NCBI GenBank assembly: GCA_029245725.1
Contig: JAQWOT010000201.1
Coordinates: forward strand, 3,059 to 67,058
Reading direction: 5' to 3'
Source of the DNA: SAR324 cluster bacterium
GTDB lineage: Bacteria; SAR324; NAC60-12
Length of the DNA: 64,000 nt
Part shown: positions 1-9,800 of the stretch, piece by piece
How positions within the stretch are numbered: position 1 is the stretch's first letter
Layout: every line of letters starts with the position of its first letter
Made by a program: the position numbers and the translations under genes
Notes under the pieces: model-generated
Told to the model about the DNA's origin: nothing
Databases searched by the model: none
The model's input: only the letters and a program-made list of their open reading frames with translations

Positions 1-258
1 GTTACAGAAATAGGTGGGTTGAAGGAGAAACTACTAGCTGCTCGTCGGGGCATGTTTTCAACGGTTGTAATCCCTGTGGAAAATGAGAAAGATCTGGCTG
101 AAATTCCAGCCGAAATTACAGACGGACTGCGAATTAGAGCGGTACATAACGTGAATGACGCCCTCAACATTGCCTTGGAACATCACCCAGCCTTACTTGA
201 GGTGCCAACCACTGCTGGAGAAGAGCTTCCAACAGATGGTACTGAAACGGTTGTCTGA
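1..258 (+). CDS. lon: Lon protease, C-terminal fragment (gene starts upstream of window)
   Basis: Frame is open from base 1. Translation ...IGGLKEKLLAARRGMFSTVVIPVENEKDLAEIP... matches the conserved Lon C-terminus (GGLKEKLLAAhRgG..v.iP.eN..DL.eIP). Confidence 0.7.
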   Translation, partial: VTEIGGLKEKLLAARRGMFSTVVIPVENEKDLAEIPAEITDGLRIRAVHNVNDALNIALEHHPALLEVPTTAGEELPTDGTETVV

Positions 259-306
259 CCAGATCACAACGATATTTTTTCCAACAGCCCGCAATGACAT
301 TTTCCC

Positions 307-2250
307 ATGATTGAAGTTTTCCTGCCCGATGGTTCATCTTGTCAATTACCTGAAGGTGCCACAGGATTGGACCTAGCTAACAGCATCGGTCGCCGCTTAG
401 CACAAGATGCAGTGGCTGTTCGTATCAATGAACAGCTCAGTGATATTTGTCTAGAATTGCCCAATCAGGCACAGATCGAAATCGTAACACGAACTCAGCC
501 CGATGGCGTAGAGTTGCTGCGCCATGATGCGGCACATGTGATGGCCCAGGTCGTCAAAGAACTCTACCCAGAAACTCAGGTCACTATTGGTCCGGTGATT
601 GAGAATGGTTTCTATTATGATTTTGCCCGTGAAGAGTCCTTCACTCCTGATGATTTGGAGCGGATTGAAGGCCGGATGCGAGAGTTAGTGAAAGAAGATA
701 TCTCTATTCAAAGAGAAGTCTGGGAGCGGGATGTGGCGATCACTTTTTTTGAAGAGCAAGGAGAGATTTACAAGGCACAAATCATTCGTGATCTCCCAGA
801 AGATGAAGTGATCTCCCTCTATCGCCAGGGAGAGTTCATCGACTTATGCCGAGGGCCCCACTTACCTTCAACAGGCCGTTTGGGGCAGGGTTTTAAATTA
901 ATGAAACTAGCAGGAGCCTATTGGCGTGGGAAGTCTGAGAATGCAATGCTTCAGCGCATCTATGGCACCGCGTGGCCCAATGAAAAAGAACTCAATGGCT
1001 ATCTGCATCAACTGGAGGAAGCAGAGCGGCGAGATCATCGACGACTTGGTCGTGAGATGGGGTTGTTTCATTTCCAAGACGAGGCCCTAGGCTCCGTATT
1101 TTGGCATCCAAAGGGTTGGACGTTGTACAGAATTTGTGAGCAGTACATGCGTCAGCGCTTGGAAAAAGCAGGCTATGTAGAGGTCAAGACCCCGCAGTTG
1201 GTGGACCGATTGCTCTGGGAGAAATCAGGTCACTGGGAAAAATTTCGGGAGCATATGTTCATTGCCGAAGTGGATGAAGGTGGCAAGGGACATAGCGAAG
1301 ATCAACGCGCTTTGGCTCTCAAACCTATGAACTGTCCAGGGCATGTGCAGATCTTCCGCCAGGGAATCAAGAGCTACCGTGACCTGCCGTTACGTCTTGC
1401 CGAGTTTGGTTCTTGCCATCGTTATGAACCACATGGAGCGCTACACGGATTGATGCGCGTACGTGCTTTCACTCAGGATGATGCACACATCTTCTGTACA
1501 GAGAGCCAGATTGAGGGAGAAACCAAGGCTTTCATTGAGTTGCTCTCGACCATCTATCAGGACTTTGGCTTCGAAAGTTTCCGCGTAAAATTTTCAGACC
1601 GACCTGAGGTTCGTGCTGGTTCTGATGAGATTTGGGATCGTGCAGAATCAGCGCTGCTAGCGGCAACAAGAGCTGCTGGTCAGGATTACACTCTGAATCC
1701 AGGAGAAGGCGCCTTCTATGGGCCAAAACTAGAGTTCGTGTTGCGTGATGCAATTGGTCGTGATTGGCAATGTGGAACTCTGCAAGTGGATTTTGTTTTG
1801 CCAGAACGCCTTGATGCAAACTATGTCGCAGAAGATGGACAGCGCTACCGACCTGTGATGCTGCACCGTGCGATTCTTGGTTCCTTTGAGAGGTTTCTAG
1901 GTATTTTGGTTGAACAGTTTGCTGGACGCTTCCCATTGTGGCTGGCTCCGACACAGGCTGTCTTGGCAACGATCGTCACAGAAGCCAATGACTATGCACT
2001 GGATTTGCAAAACCAACTATTGGCTGCGGGCCTACGTGCTGAGGTTGATTTGCGCAATGAGAAAATTAGTTACAAAGTTCGGGAACACAGCCTACAGAAA
2101 GTGCCGGTACTACTAGCACTAGGAAGACGAGAGGCCGAAGAAGAAACTGTGACGGTTCGGCGACTAGGCTCTAAAGAACAACAGACGCTACTCTTCGAAG
2201 ATTTTTTAGTTCAATTGCAAGCGGAAGCGACACCGCCAACTTTGCGATGA
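307..2250 (+). CDS. thrS: Threonine--tRNA ligase
   Basis: 647 aa with an N-terminal TGS-like region and a class II aaRS core. Length and motifs are typical of bacterial ThrRS. TGA stop. Confidence 0.95.
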   Translation: MIEVFLPDGSSCQLPEGATGLDLANSIGRRLAQDAVAVRINEQLSDICLELPNQAQIEIVTRTQPDGVELLRHDAAHVMAQVVKELYPETQVTIGPVIENGFYYDFAREESFTPDDLERIEGRMRELVKEDISIQREVWERDVAITFFEEQGEIYKAQIIRDLPEDEVISLYRQGEFIDLCRGPHLPSTGRLGQGFKLMKLAGAYWRGKSENAMLQRIYGTAWPNEKELNGYLHQLEEAERRDHRRLGREMGLFHFQDEALGSVFWHPKGWTLYRICEQYMRQRLEKAGYVEVKTPQLVDRLLWEKSGHWEKFREHMFIAEVDEGGKGHSEDQRALALKPMNCPGHVQIFRQGIKSYRDLPLRLAEFGSCHRYEPHGALHGLMRVRAFTQDDAHIFCTESQIEGETKAFIELLSTIYQDFGFESFRVKFSDRPEVRAGSDEIWDRAESALLAATRAAGQDYTLNPGEGAFYGPKLEFVLRDAIGRDWQCGTLQVDFVLPERLDANYVAEDGQRYRPVMLHRAILGSFERFLGILVEQFAGRFPLWLAPTQAVLATIVTEANDYALDLQNQLLAAGLRAEVDLRNEKISYKVREHSLQKVPVLLALGRREAEEETVTVRRLGSKEQQTLLFEDFLVQLQAEATPPTLR

Positions 2251-2285
2251 AGCCAATTCCATACATGTGCTGAACATGAGGAAGT

Positions 2286-3638
2286 ATGCGAGAAGATACT
2301 GATTTTGATGATGATCTTCTGGATGAAGAAGGTGAAGGGTCAGGAGGGCCTGACGAGGATGCGATTCCGGAGAGTTTTGCCAAAGATCTAGCGACCCGAA
2401 TGGTCGTTCTCTTCGAGAAAGAGGTAGATCCGAAAGCGGCCGCTGTCACGGTCTCGGACTTCATTTACACCAGTACGAATACACTTAAGAAACTTCCCTA
2501 CTTCATTGATGCCCTTGAGATGCTGCTCGACAACGAGCAGACACAGCGTTTTGCAGCTCTCAGCTGGGTGGCTCTCGTCAATGAAAGTGTCAACACTGAG
2601 GACTACGTTGGCTACGTACAAGATATGCTCGACTACCTGTTGGAGTCTTTCTACAACATGGAGAAGTCAGACGTAGAGATTGGTGATCGCAAATTTTCGG
2701 GAACCAGTTATGTGATATGTGAGATTTTTTCCAAGATGTTCGACATGAACAAAAATCATGGCGACGTCTGTTCCGAAATCTTTACGCTTCTGATTCGCAA
2801 GGAAATGGTCATTGAAGCCCAGGAAGATGCGGAATATGAGGCTCGCAGTGGCCGTACAGGTTCTAAGAAGGCACGCAAGAAACGCCTGCGCCTTTATGAT
2901 GAGGTCATCAACTATCTACAGGCTAAGTCACAGTTCAAGCAAAACCAGATGAGTTCGGAGAACCCATTCGAATTCCTTGGAGTGCTGGTCGAGAAACTGA
3001 AGGCCACGAAGCGTTATGTCTCCCAGGAAATTCTCAATGCGCGCGCAGCCGAGAAAAAGAAGCAACTCGAGACAGAACTCCAGAATCGACTGGCTTCAGC
3101 AGAAGAGTTGGTGATGGGAGTTGATAGTTTCACAGACGGCCTCGGGTTCTTCGTTAAAGAGCGCAAATATAACTTCAAGTTTTTGGCTGTGGAAAGAGTG
3201 CGCCTTGCCCTTCAATTGACGGGTTCGATCATCGGTGCATGCTATTTCTTACTCGGATATGTGGGGATGTACGGGATTGATTGGGTGAACGGTACAGTGG
3301 TCTGTATCACGATGCTGCTGTTTTCTAGAATCATGACCTCTCGCAAGCGGTTTTCTGACTTCTATCCAAAAGATGTCAGTAAGGAGTTAGAGACCTGCTC
3401 AACAGGTTTCATTGATGTCTTTAAGCACATGTCCAGGGGTCAACTGGAACTCTTCCTGAGTAAGCAAATTCGTTTTGACCGAAACCAGGTCTATTTGAAG
3501 ATGCTGCCCGAATACGTCAAGTACCTTTATGCGATCATGCCGGATCGCAAGAGCATACTGATGGATGTCAAAGAATTGTCGGGCTTGGTCGAGAGTATTG
3601 AGATTGATGTGTCTAAGAAGTTGCGGGGCATGCTATGA
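2286..3638 (+). CDS. Hypothetical protein: highly acidic N-terminus (D/E-rich), central K/R-rich coiled segment, two predicted TM helices near the C-terminus
   Basis: 450-aa ORF with coding-like composition. Starts 36 nt after the thrS stop. Its stop overlaps the asnS start (ATGA), so it is translationally coupled inside an aaRS operon. I recognise no domain. Confidence 0.5.
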   Translation: MREDTDFDDDLLDEEGEGSGGPDEDAIPESFAKDLATRMVVLFEKEVDPKAAAVTVSDFIYTSTNTLKKLPYFIDALEMLLDNEQTQRFAALSWVALVNESVNTEDYVGYVQDMLDYLLESFYNMEKSDVEIGDRKFSGTSYVICEIFSKMFDMNKNHGDVCSEIFTLLIRKEMVIEAQEDAEYEARSGRTGSKKARKKRLRLYDEVINYLQAKSQFKQNQMSSENPFEFLGVLVEKLKATKRYVSQEILNARAAEKKKQLETELQNRLASAEELVMGVDSFTDGLGFFVKERKYNFKFLAVERVRLALQLTGSIIGACYFLLGYVGMYGIDWVNGTVVCITMLLFSRIMTSRKRFSDFYPKDVSKELETCSTGFIDVFKHMSRGQLELFLSKQIRFDRNQVYLKMLPEYVKYLYAIMPDRKSILMDVKELSGLVESIEIDVSKKLRGML

Positions 3639-5026
3639 GTCAACGGACTCGTCTGGCAGCACTGTCTTCGGCTTTGGTTGGTCAGGAGATTTGTCTACGA
3701 GGTTGGCTACGAACAGTACGAAATTCAAAGAAATTTTCTTTCCTCAATTTGAATGATGGCTCAACACAGTCAGGAATCCAAATCATCGCTGATGCAGAGT
3801 TGCCCGATTATGAAGAGATCACCAAATTAACAACTGGCTCAGCGGTTGAAGTGATTGGTCAACTGGTTGAATCTCCTGGCAAGGGACAAGCCTTTGAAGT
3901 TCAAGCTCAGCAGATCCGAATTTACGGGAGGTCACCAGGAGAGGACTACCCACTTCAAAAAAAAGGTCACACCCTCGAATTCCTGCGTGAAATCGCCCAC
4001 CTCCGACCACGAACCAATACTTTTGGTGCTGTCTTCAGAATTAGGAATACACTCGCTGATGCAGTCCATCGTTTCTTTCAGGAACGTGGATTTCTTTACA
4101 TTCACACACCAATCATCACTGCCAGCGATACAGAGGGGGCAGGGGCATTGTTTCAAGTTACGACTCTGTCACTAGATCAACGACTACACCTAACTGCTCA
4201 GGGCAAGCCCGGCTACAGCGCTGACTTCTTTGGTCGTCCTGTATTCTTAACAGTGTCAGGCCAGTTGAATATAGAAGCATTTGCGTGTTCGTTTGGTGAT
4301 GTCTACACCTTTGGGCCAACGTTTCGCGCAGAAAATTCCAACACATCCCGGCACCTCGCTGAGTTTTGGATGATTGAGCCAGAGGTGGCTTTCTGTGAAT
4401 TGTTGGATCTGGTTCAACTAGCTACTGACTTTCTGAAATTCTTGCTCAGCAGCTGCCTTGAACGCCACTCAGAAGACTTGGCGTTCCTGCAGAAAATGTA
4501 TGATCCAGAGCTTTGCGCAACGTTGGAGCACATTGTTTCATCCGAATTCCAGACCGTGTCTTATACGGAAGCGGTTGATATCCTCCAGCAATCAGAACAG
4601 CCCTTCGAGTTTCCAGTAGAATGGGGTGCAGACCTACAGTCAGAACATGAACGTTATCTGACAGAGCAGCACTATGGCTGCCCAGTCGTTTTGATAGACT
4701 ACCCACGTGACATCAAAGCATTCTATATGAAGCAGAATCCAGATGATCGCACAGTGGCAGCAATGGATGTCTTGTTTCCAAGAATTGGGGAGATCATCGG
4801 AGGTTCCCAGCGTGAAGACAACCTCGAACAACTACAAAAGCGTCTTCGTGAGCTAGATTTGCCAGAGGAAGAATATGGTTGGTACCTAGATCTGCGTCGC
4901 TACGGTTCTGTGCCTCACTCCGGTTTTGGCCTTGGCTTTGAGCGAATTGTTCAATTCGTTACAGGCATGAAGAACATCCGTGACGTGATCCCCTTCCCAC
5001 GAGTGCCCGGCCATGCCGATTTCTAG
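3635..5026 (+). CDS. asnS: Asparagine--tRNA ligase (class IIb aaRS)
   Basis: 463 aa with an N-terminal OB anticodon-binding fold and a class II catalytic core. The length fits AsnRS rather than AspRS. Confidence 0.85.
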   Translation: MSQRTRLAALSSALVGQEICLRGWLRTVRNSKKFSFLNLNDGSTQSGIQIIADAELPDYEEITKLTTGSAVEVIGQLVESPGKGQAFEVQAQQIRIYGRSPGEDYPLQKKGHTLEFLREIAHLRPRTNTFGAVFRIRNTLADAVHRFFQERGFLYIHTPIITASDTEGAGALFQVTTLSLDQRLHLTAQGKPGYSADFFGRPVFLTVSGQLNIEAFACSFGDVYTFGPTFRAENSNTSRHLAEFWMIEPEVAFCELLDLVQLATDFLKFLLSSCLERHSEDLAFLQKMYDPELCATLEHIVSSEFQTVSYTEAVDILQQSEQPFEFPVEWGADLQSEHERYLTEQHYGCPVVLIDYPRDIKAFYMKQNPDDRTVAAMDVLFPRIGEIIGGSQREDNLEQLQKRLRELDLPEEEYGWYLDLRRYGSVPHSGFGLGFERIVQFVTGMKNIRDVIPFPRVPGHADF

Positions 5027-5032
5027 GACTTG

Positions 5033-6217
5033 ATGCGGATCCTGATCACCAGCAACGTTCGCTGGTGGAATGCGGAGGCTGCCTATGCAGCTACTCTCGC
5101 AAGAGAATTACTGAATGCTGGGCATAAAGTTTGGGTGCTGACCCTCCCCAATTCTCTGAATGAGACTAAGCTGCGTAATTGGAACCTGCCAATCATTACG
5201 GACATCCCACTTAGTTCTTCAAATCCTTGGCAACTTTGGCGGGCTTACCAACGGCTGCAATCCCTGATTGAGGAACAGCAAATTCAGATTGTCAATGCCC
5301 ACCGATCCGAGGGATTCCCCCTGCTCGTGTTGCTTCGGCAACGGCTGAAAAGTTTTGTGTTAATCCGTACTCGCGGTACAATTCGACCACTTCGTGATCA
5401 TTGGCTAAATCGTAAGTTACATGAGGATTGGATTGAGTCCGTGATTGTACCTGCGCAGGTGATCGCTTCCCAACTTCGCCAGGTCCTCAATCTTCCATCA
5501 GAGCGTCTGCAGGTCATCTACTATCCTGTTAACCCAAGTTCGATTGACTCACAGGGAGAAAGTGAGGCTCAACAATCTCGATTAGAGTGTCTTGATCGAT
5601 TGGGTATCCCAAGGCATTGTCGAGTCATTGGTATTGTTGGACGTATTCGGCCAGTCAAGGGGCAAAGGATTCTTTTAAAAAGTTTTGCCGCACTAAGAAA
5701 GCGTTTTCCAGACATAGTGCTGCTGATGCTCTATCGAGATACGAATGAGACAGAAGCAGAATGGCAAGGGCTTTTGCAAGATTTGGCTGAATCGAATCTC
5801 AAGCAGAATGTCTACTTGTATGGTTATCGCGAGGATGTTCTGGAAATTATGCGTCACACTGATATTGGCGTGGTTAGTTCTGTCGATTCTGAAGTGATTT
5901 GTCGTGTGGCTGTTGAATTTTTTTCTGTGGGGACGCCTGTGGTTGCTTTTCCTACCGGAGCTCTACCTGAGATCATTCAGGATGGTGTCACAGGCCGGAT
6001 CACAAAAGACAAGAGTGCAGAAGCCCTGGCCGAAATTCTGGAGTGGATGCTGGAAAGTCCGGAACGCATTGCAGAGTTCGGTAAGAATGCCCGTCAGCAG
6101 TCTTTGGAATGTTTTGATCCGAATAAATTGCTAGAGCAGACATTGTCAGTTTATGAGCAAAGCTGGCAACACTTACGGTCCCAACTGGTAACAGGAGAGG
6201 CAAATGTTCGGCCGTAA
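5033..6217 (+). CDS. Glycosyltransferase, GT4 family (GT-B fold)
   Basis: C-terminal EX7E-like region ...EVICRVAVEFFSVGTPVVAFPTGALPEIIQDGVTGRI... is typical of GT4. ATG at 5033; the ORF track begins at an in-frame TTG at 5030. Confidence 0.7.
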   Translation: MRILITSNVRWWNAEAAYAATLARELLNAGHKVWVLTLPNSLNETKLRNWNLPIITDIPLSSSNPWQLWRAYQRLQSLIEEQQIQIVNAHRSEGFPLLVLLRQRLKSFVLIRTRGTIRPLRDHWLNRKLHEDWIESVIVPAQVIASQLRQVLNLPSERLQVIYYPVNPSSIDSQGESEAQQSRLECLDRLGIPRHCRVIGIVGRIRPVKGQRILLKSFAALRKRFPDIVLLMLYRDTNETEAEWQGLLQDLAESNLKQNVYLYGYREDVLEIMRHTDIGVVSSVDSEVICRVAVEFFSVGTPVVAFPTGALPEIIQDGVTGRITKDKSAEALAEILEWMLESPERIAEFGKNARQQSLECFDPNKLLEQTLSVYEQSWQHLRSQLVTGEANVRP

Positions 6218-6473
6218 ATCCACAGAACGTGGTTTCCCAAAGCATGAGGAAATTGTTCTGCACAAGGTCATAGAACAAGTGGAGAAGGTGCTGCGTCAGA
6301 TGCAAACGGAGGGAAAAGACCTGACTCGGGTACGTATCAAACGATTCCAAAAGACACATCATGTAAACTGCCGCTGTCAGCAATGCAAGTTGGCAGAGGA
6401 AAAAAAAGATCCACGTTTGCGAGGACTATTGGAAGATGGTTTTAAAGTCTATCTTGATAAGACGCGCGAGTGA
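6204..6473 (+). CDS. Hypothetical small basic protein (89 aa) with C-x2-C...C-x2-C
   Basis: Open reading frame bridging the glycosyltransferase and prmA with small overlaps at both ends. No recognisable domain. May be spurious. Confidence 0.3.
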   Translation: MFGRKSTERGFPKHEEIVLHKVIEQVEKVLRQMQTEGKDLTRVRIKRFQKTHHVNCRCQQCKLAEEKKDPRLRGLLEDGFKVYLDKTRE

Positions 6474-7354
6474 CTAGTCTGGAGAACTATCAGGAAGGCG
6501 TATTCAGCGTGGCAGAGGAACTGGCGGATCTCTGGACAGGCTTTTGCTTTGAACAGGGTGTAGCTGGCTGCGAAATTCTTCAAGAAGCTGATGGTGAACA
6601 AAGACTGAAATGCTACCTGACCGAACCACAAGCACTTGATGAGTGGATTTCTCGTTTTCGTAACGAGTATCCAAAAGCAGTTGGAAAACTAGAGTTAGTA
6701 GAGTATCGACTCTGCCCGAATGAAAATTGGCGTTTGGGTTGGCATGATCATTTTCAGCCTGTAGAAATCGGTCGAACTCTATTGATTGCACCTGTCTGGT
6801 ACGAAAAGGACCTGCCTGAGAATCGTCAGGTAATTTGGCTGGAGCCAGGACAGGCGTTTGGAACAGGAACCCACGTCTCTACTCGCTTGGCACTGGAGAT
6901 GCTCGAACTGGTTATTTTGCAGGAAGCTCAGGTGCCGACCAGTCTTATCGATGTGGGTACAGGGTCGGGCATTCTTGGCTTGGCTGCGACTCGTCTCGGA
7001 ATTTCAAAAATTATAGCTTGTGACAATGATCCGGTAGTCCTGCCAGAGGCTCTTCACAATTTTGAACTGAATCAGCGGGGTCAACATTTTTGGGGCGTTG
7101 TTGGTACGGCCAACATTATTAACAAACCGGCGCCACTGGTAATCAGCAATATGTTGTTAGAGGAACTAAAATCTGTGGTGGTAGATTTGGCAAGATTGAC
7201 AGCAGCTGGTGGAACCCTGATTTGTAGTGGTCTTCTGACAGAGCAGGAAGAACCACTTGCAACCGCCTTAGCGAAATATGGCCTGCGCATTTGTGCTTCG
7301 ACAGAGGCAGAAGGTTGGAGTGCCTTTGCTTACCGGGAAGCGGGCAAGTTCTAA
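6470..7354 (+). CDS. prmA: Ribosomal protein L11 methyltransferase
   Basis: 294 aa. SAM-binding motif DVGTGSGILGLAA. PrmA-like length and architecture. Confidence 0.8.
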   Translation: MTSLENYQEGVFSVAEELADLWTGFCFEQGVAGCEILQEADGEQRLKCYLTEPQALDEWISRFRNEYPKAVGKLELVEYRLCPNENWRLGWHDHFQPVEIGRTLLIAPVWYEKDLPENRQVIWLEPGQAFGTGTHVSTRLALEMLELVILQEAQVPTSLIDVGTGSGILGLAATRLGISKIIACDNDPVVLPEALHNFELNQRGQHFWGVVGTANIINKPAPLVISNMLLEELKSVVVDLARLTAAGGTLICSGLLTEQEEPLATALAKYGLRICASTEAEGWSAFAYREAGKF

Positions 7355-7485
7355 GGTTACACAGCTTTTTCTTTGCGTCTCCCCAAAGATGGGGTTACTC
7401 TTGCTCAACTTGAAAAATTGTTGGTTGCTGTGAGCTTTGCTGCTCATGGATGCTTATTCTGTAATCACGAAAGGAGAGAAATCCC

Positions 7486-9006
7486 ATGGAATTGCCTAAC
7501 ACTGAAGCTATGTCCATTGAGGAGAAAATTTGGTTTGCACGGGCTATTGCCGGCATGATTGTGGCCGATGGTCGAGTGGATGACTCAGAGCTCGAATTTC
7601 TTAAAGAGGCCATTTCTTTTCTGGAAGATCGTGATCAGGTGAATGGCATCATGGCTGTTGTGCGCCAAGGCAAGACACCATCGCTGGAAGCACGAAAGAT
7701 TGATCCTAAGCAATCATTTATTATTCTCAAGTATCTTGCGGAGTTGATGGTTGTAGATGGGAAAATGTCGGAGACGGAAATCACCTTTTTCGTCTATGCG
7801 GGTGGTCTGTTGGGCTTCACCAGCAATATCCTTACGAAGCTATGGAAGACAGCACGGTCAATGCTGGAAGCAACCAAACCATTGGCAAAAATCTCTGCTG
7901 GTAAGAATGCCTCTCTAGTGCGACTCACTTCGCTCTCGGAATCCCGTTGTACTTTCCGGAACCCTCGGGCGATGGTTCCCAACATGCCGGTTTATATCCA
8001 GATTTCCAAGTCGGGTTCAGAGGAAGAATTCTACGATCGTGTTGAAGGCAGGGTGACTGGACAGCGCCAGGAAAAGTGGGATGAGAAGAGTGTCTCGATT
8101 CGCGTAGACATCGTCCAGAGACTGGGGGACCAACACGGTATTCTTCAGATCCTCTTCCCAGATCGTTACGAGGTCTCAACAGTTAATGATCGGCTCACAC
8201 CGAAGAAATCCTCGTTGACTGGGCGTATCGTCAATTGTTTTGCTTGCGGCAATGATAAGGTTCATTTTTGGTCTTTGCGCGCCAGGAGCATGATTACCAA
8301 ACAGAATATTTTTGGGATTCCAAAGTACCTAAGTCCTTCCGGATCTATGGACTTCTGCGATTTTAATCTGCTGGATGTGACGAGTTGTACCAGCTGTGGA
8401 TTCTCTACCAATGTTTTGGAGCATTTCCGCTCACAGTCTAACCGGGACGCTCCCTTCAACGTAGAGCAGTTCCAGGAAGGATGGGAAGAGCGAATGCAGA
8501 GCTTGCTAGAAAAAATAAAAGATCCAGCAGCATTCATGAGTGAAGAACGAGATCTTGAGATGGCATTGCTCAGCTACGATTTAGCGATGGAGACCCATAA
8601 ACGATTGTCGGAGGTTGCAGACACACCGTATGCCAACGTGCGTAAAATGGCCTCACTGAATATGGTGAAAGCTGAAATGCTCTCGGAGGCAGGTCGAATC
8701 GATGAAGCCAAGGCAGCACTGAAGGAAATCATTGAATGGCTCGAACCAATTTTTGAACAACTTGATAAGGTCGAGATCATCAAGGCTTGTTTACTGCTCT
8801 TTAGGCTCAAAGTGTATTTCAAAGACTTCCAGGGGGCTGGAGGGCTGATGAAGTTTATGGATAACTATGACACCGAAGGAAAATTGGATCAGGAATCTGA
8901 AGAGTTTAAGGTGCTTTCTGTATCGCAGCAGGCGTTAAAAAAGTGCTATGACGATCGTGAAGAGTACTCCGAAGAAAAACTGAAAACCTTCCATTTGCCT
9001 GAGTAA
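7486..9006 (+). CDS. TerB-like domain protein with a central PilZ-like core and a C-terminal DUF2225-like zinc ribbon plus helical region
   Basis: N-terminus ...WFARAIAGMIVADGRVDDSELEFLKEA... has the TerB-like tellurite-resistance fold pattern. The C-x2-C-G ... C-x2-C-G-F-S spacing matches the DUF2225 zinc ribbon. Strong RBS AAGGAGAG lies upstream of the ATG. Confidence 0.65.
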   Translation: MELPNTEAMSIEEKIWFARAIAGMIVADGRVDDSELEFLKEAISFLEDRDQVNGIMAVVRQGKTPSLEARKIDPKQSFIILKYLAELMVVDGKMSETEITFFVYAGGLLGFTSNILTKLWKTARSMLEATKPLAKISAGKNASLVRLTSLSESRCTFRNPRAMVPNMPVYIQISKSGSEEEFYDRVEGRVTGQRQEKWDEKSVSIRVDIVQRLGDQHGILQILFPDRYEVSTVNDRLTPKKSSLTGRIVNCFACGNDKVHFWSLRARSMITKQNIFGIPKYLSPSGSMDFCDFNLLDVTSCTSCGFSTNVLEHFRSQSNRDAPFNVEQFQEGWEERMQSLLEKIKDPAAFMSEERDLEMALLSYDLAMETHKRLSEVADTPYANVRKMASLNMVKAEMLSEAGRIDEAKAALKEIIEWLEPIFEQLDKVEIIKACLLLFRLKVYFKDFQGAGGLMKFMDNYDTEGKLDQESEEFKVLSVSQQALKKCYDDREEYSEEKLKTFHLPE

Positions 9007-9037
9007 GTCCTACCTACGAAGACATTTCTCTTCCTAC

Positions 9038-9721
9038 ATGTATTTCTTCCAAAAGCTTCGCCTTCTGCTTTTGCTAGTGGGAGGCCTAGGCTTTTTCCTG
9101 CTGCCTATCCAACCAGTTTGTGCTCAAGTCTTTGAAGATGCCTGGGGGCTATTGCTGTTCAAGGGACAGACAGCTCAAAGTAACTTAGATGACATCGGTT
9201 TGATCAACTATACGGATTCACACGATCCTTCCAAAGCTCTGGATTTGGCGTACCCAAACACAGATGAGCTAGTTTATGGAGTGGAAGTCGCACGTCGAAT
9301 ATCAAGGAAGCTTTGGTGGTTCCATTATTTGGAACCTTACGTTACGGAATTGGAAGCTGCCCTGAGCATCAACTATCGAGAAAGCCAAACGAAAGTGATC
9401 AACGAGATTGGCCCCTCTGTAATATTCCGATGGAAGAACTTTCGATGGGATCGCTATGTGAAGACCACAATTGGCTTTGCTGAAGGAGTTTCTTACGCTT
9501 CCAAGATTCCAGATCAAGAGCGAACCGAAGGCAGGCCCTCCAAACACTTTATGAATTTGCTGACGCTAGATATCACTTTAGCTCCGCCGCAACTTCCAGA
9601 AGCTGAATTGTCTTTCCGGATTCATCATCGTTCTGCCGGGTATGGCCTTTATGGTGTGCGCAACACCAGCTCTAACATACTTGGGGTAGGTCTACGCTAT
9701 CGTTGGGGAGTAGCTTTGTGA
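9038..9721 (+). CDS. Secreted outer-membrane beta-barrel protein, possibly PagL-like lipid A deacylase
   Basis: Signal peptide MYFFQKLRLLLLLVGGLGFFLLPIQPVCAQ. Alternating amphipathic beta pattern. The HxS motif (RIHHRSAGYG) near the C-terminus resembles the PagL catalytic His/Ser. Family assignment is tentative. Confidence 0.5.
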   Translation: MYFFQKLRLLLLLVGGLGFFLLPIQPVCAQVFEDAWGLLLFKGQTAQSNLDDIGLINYTDSHDPSKALDLAYPNTDELVYGVEVARRISRKLWWFHYLEPYVTELEAALSINYRESQTKVINEIGPSVIFRWKNFRWDRYVKTTIGFAEGVSYASKIPDQERTEGRPSKHFMNLLTLDITLAPPQLPEAELSFRIHHRSAGYGLYGVRNTSSNILGVGLRYRWGVAL

Positions 9722-9800
9722 GCAAAGCTTTGGAAAGAGAGGCCTAGTTAGTCGTTAGTGTGGTCTGCTAGCAGATTTGTTAAAATGATTTGGTAGCAGC

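Noticed and set aside
1532-1969. 145-aa antisense ORF inside thrS, and many other 60-100 aa ORFs antisense to or overlapping long genes
   Set aside because: They lie entirely within strongly supported genes on the opposite strand, have low-complexity translations, and have no independent signals. I judged them spurious.
5024-5035. The asnS stop and the glycosyltransferase start are in frame, 1-2 codons apart
   Set aside because: These are two complete, unrelated protein families, so this is compact coupling rather than a fusion or pseudogene.
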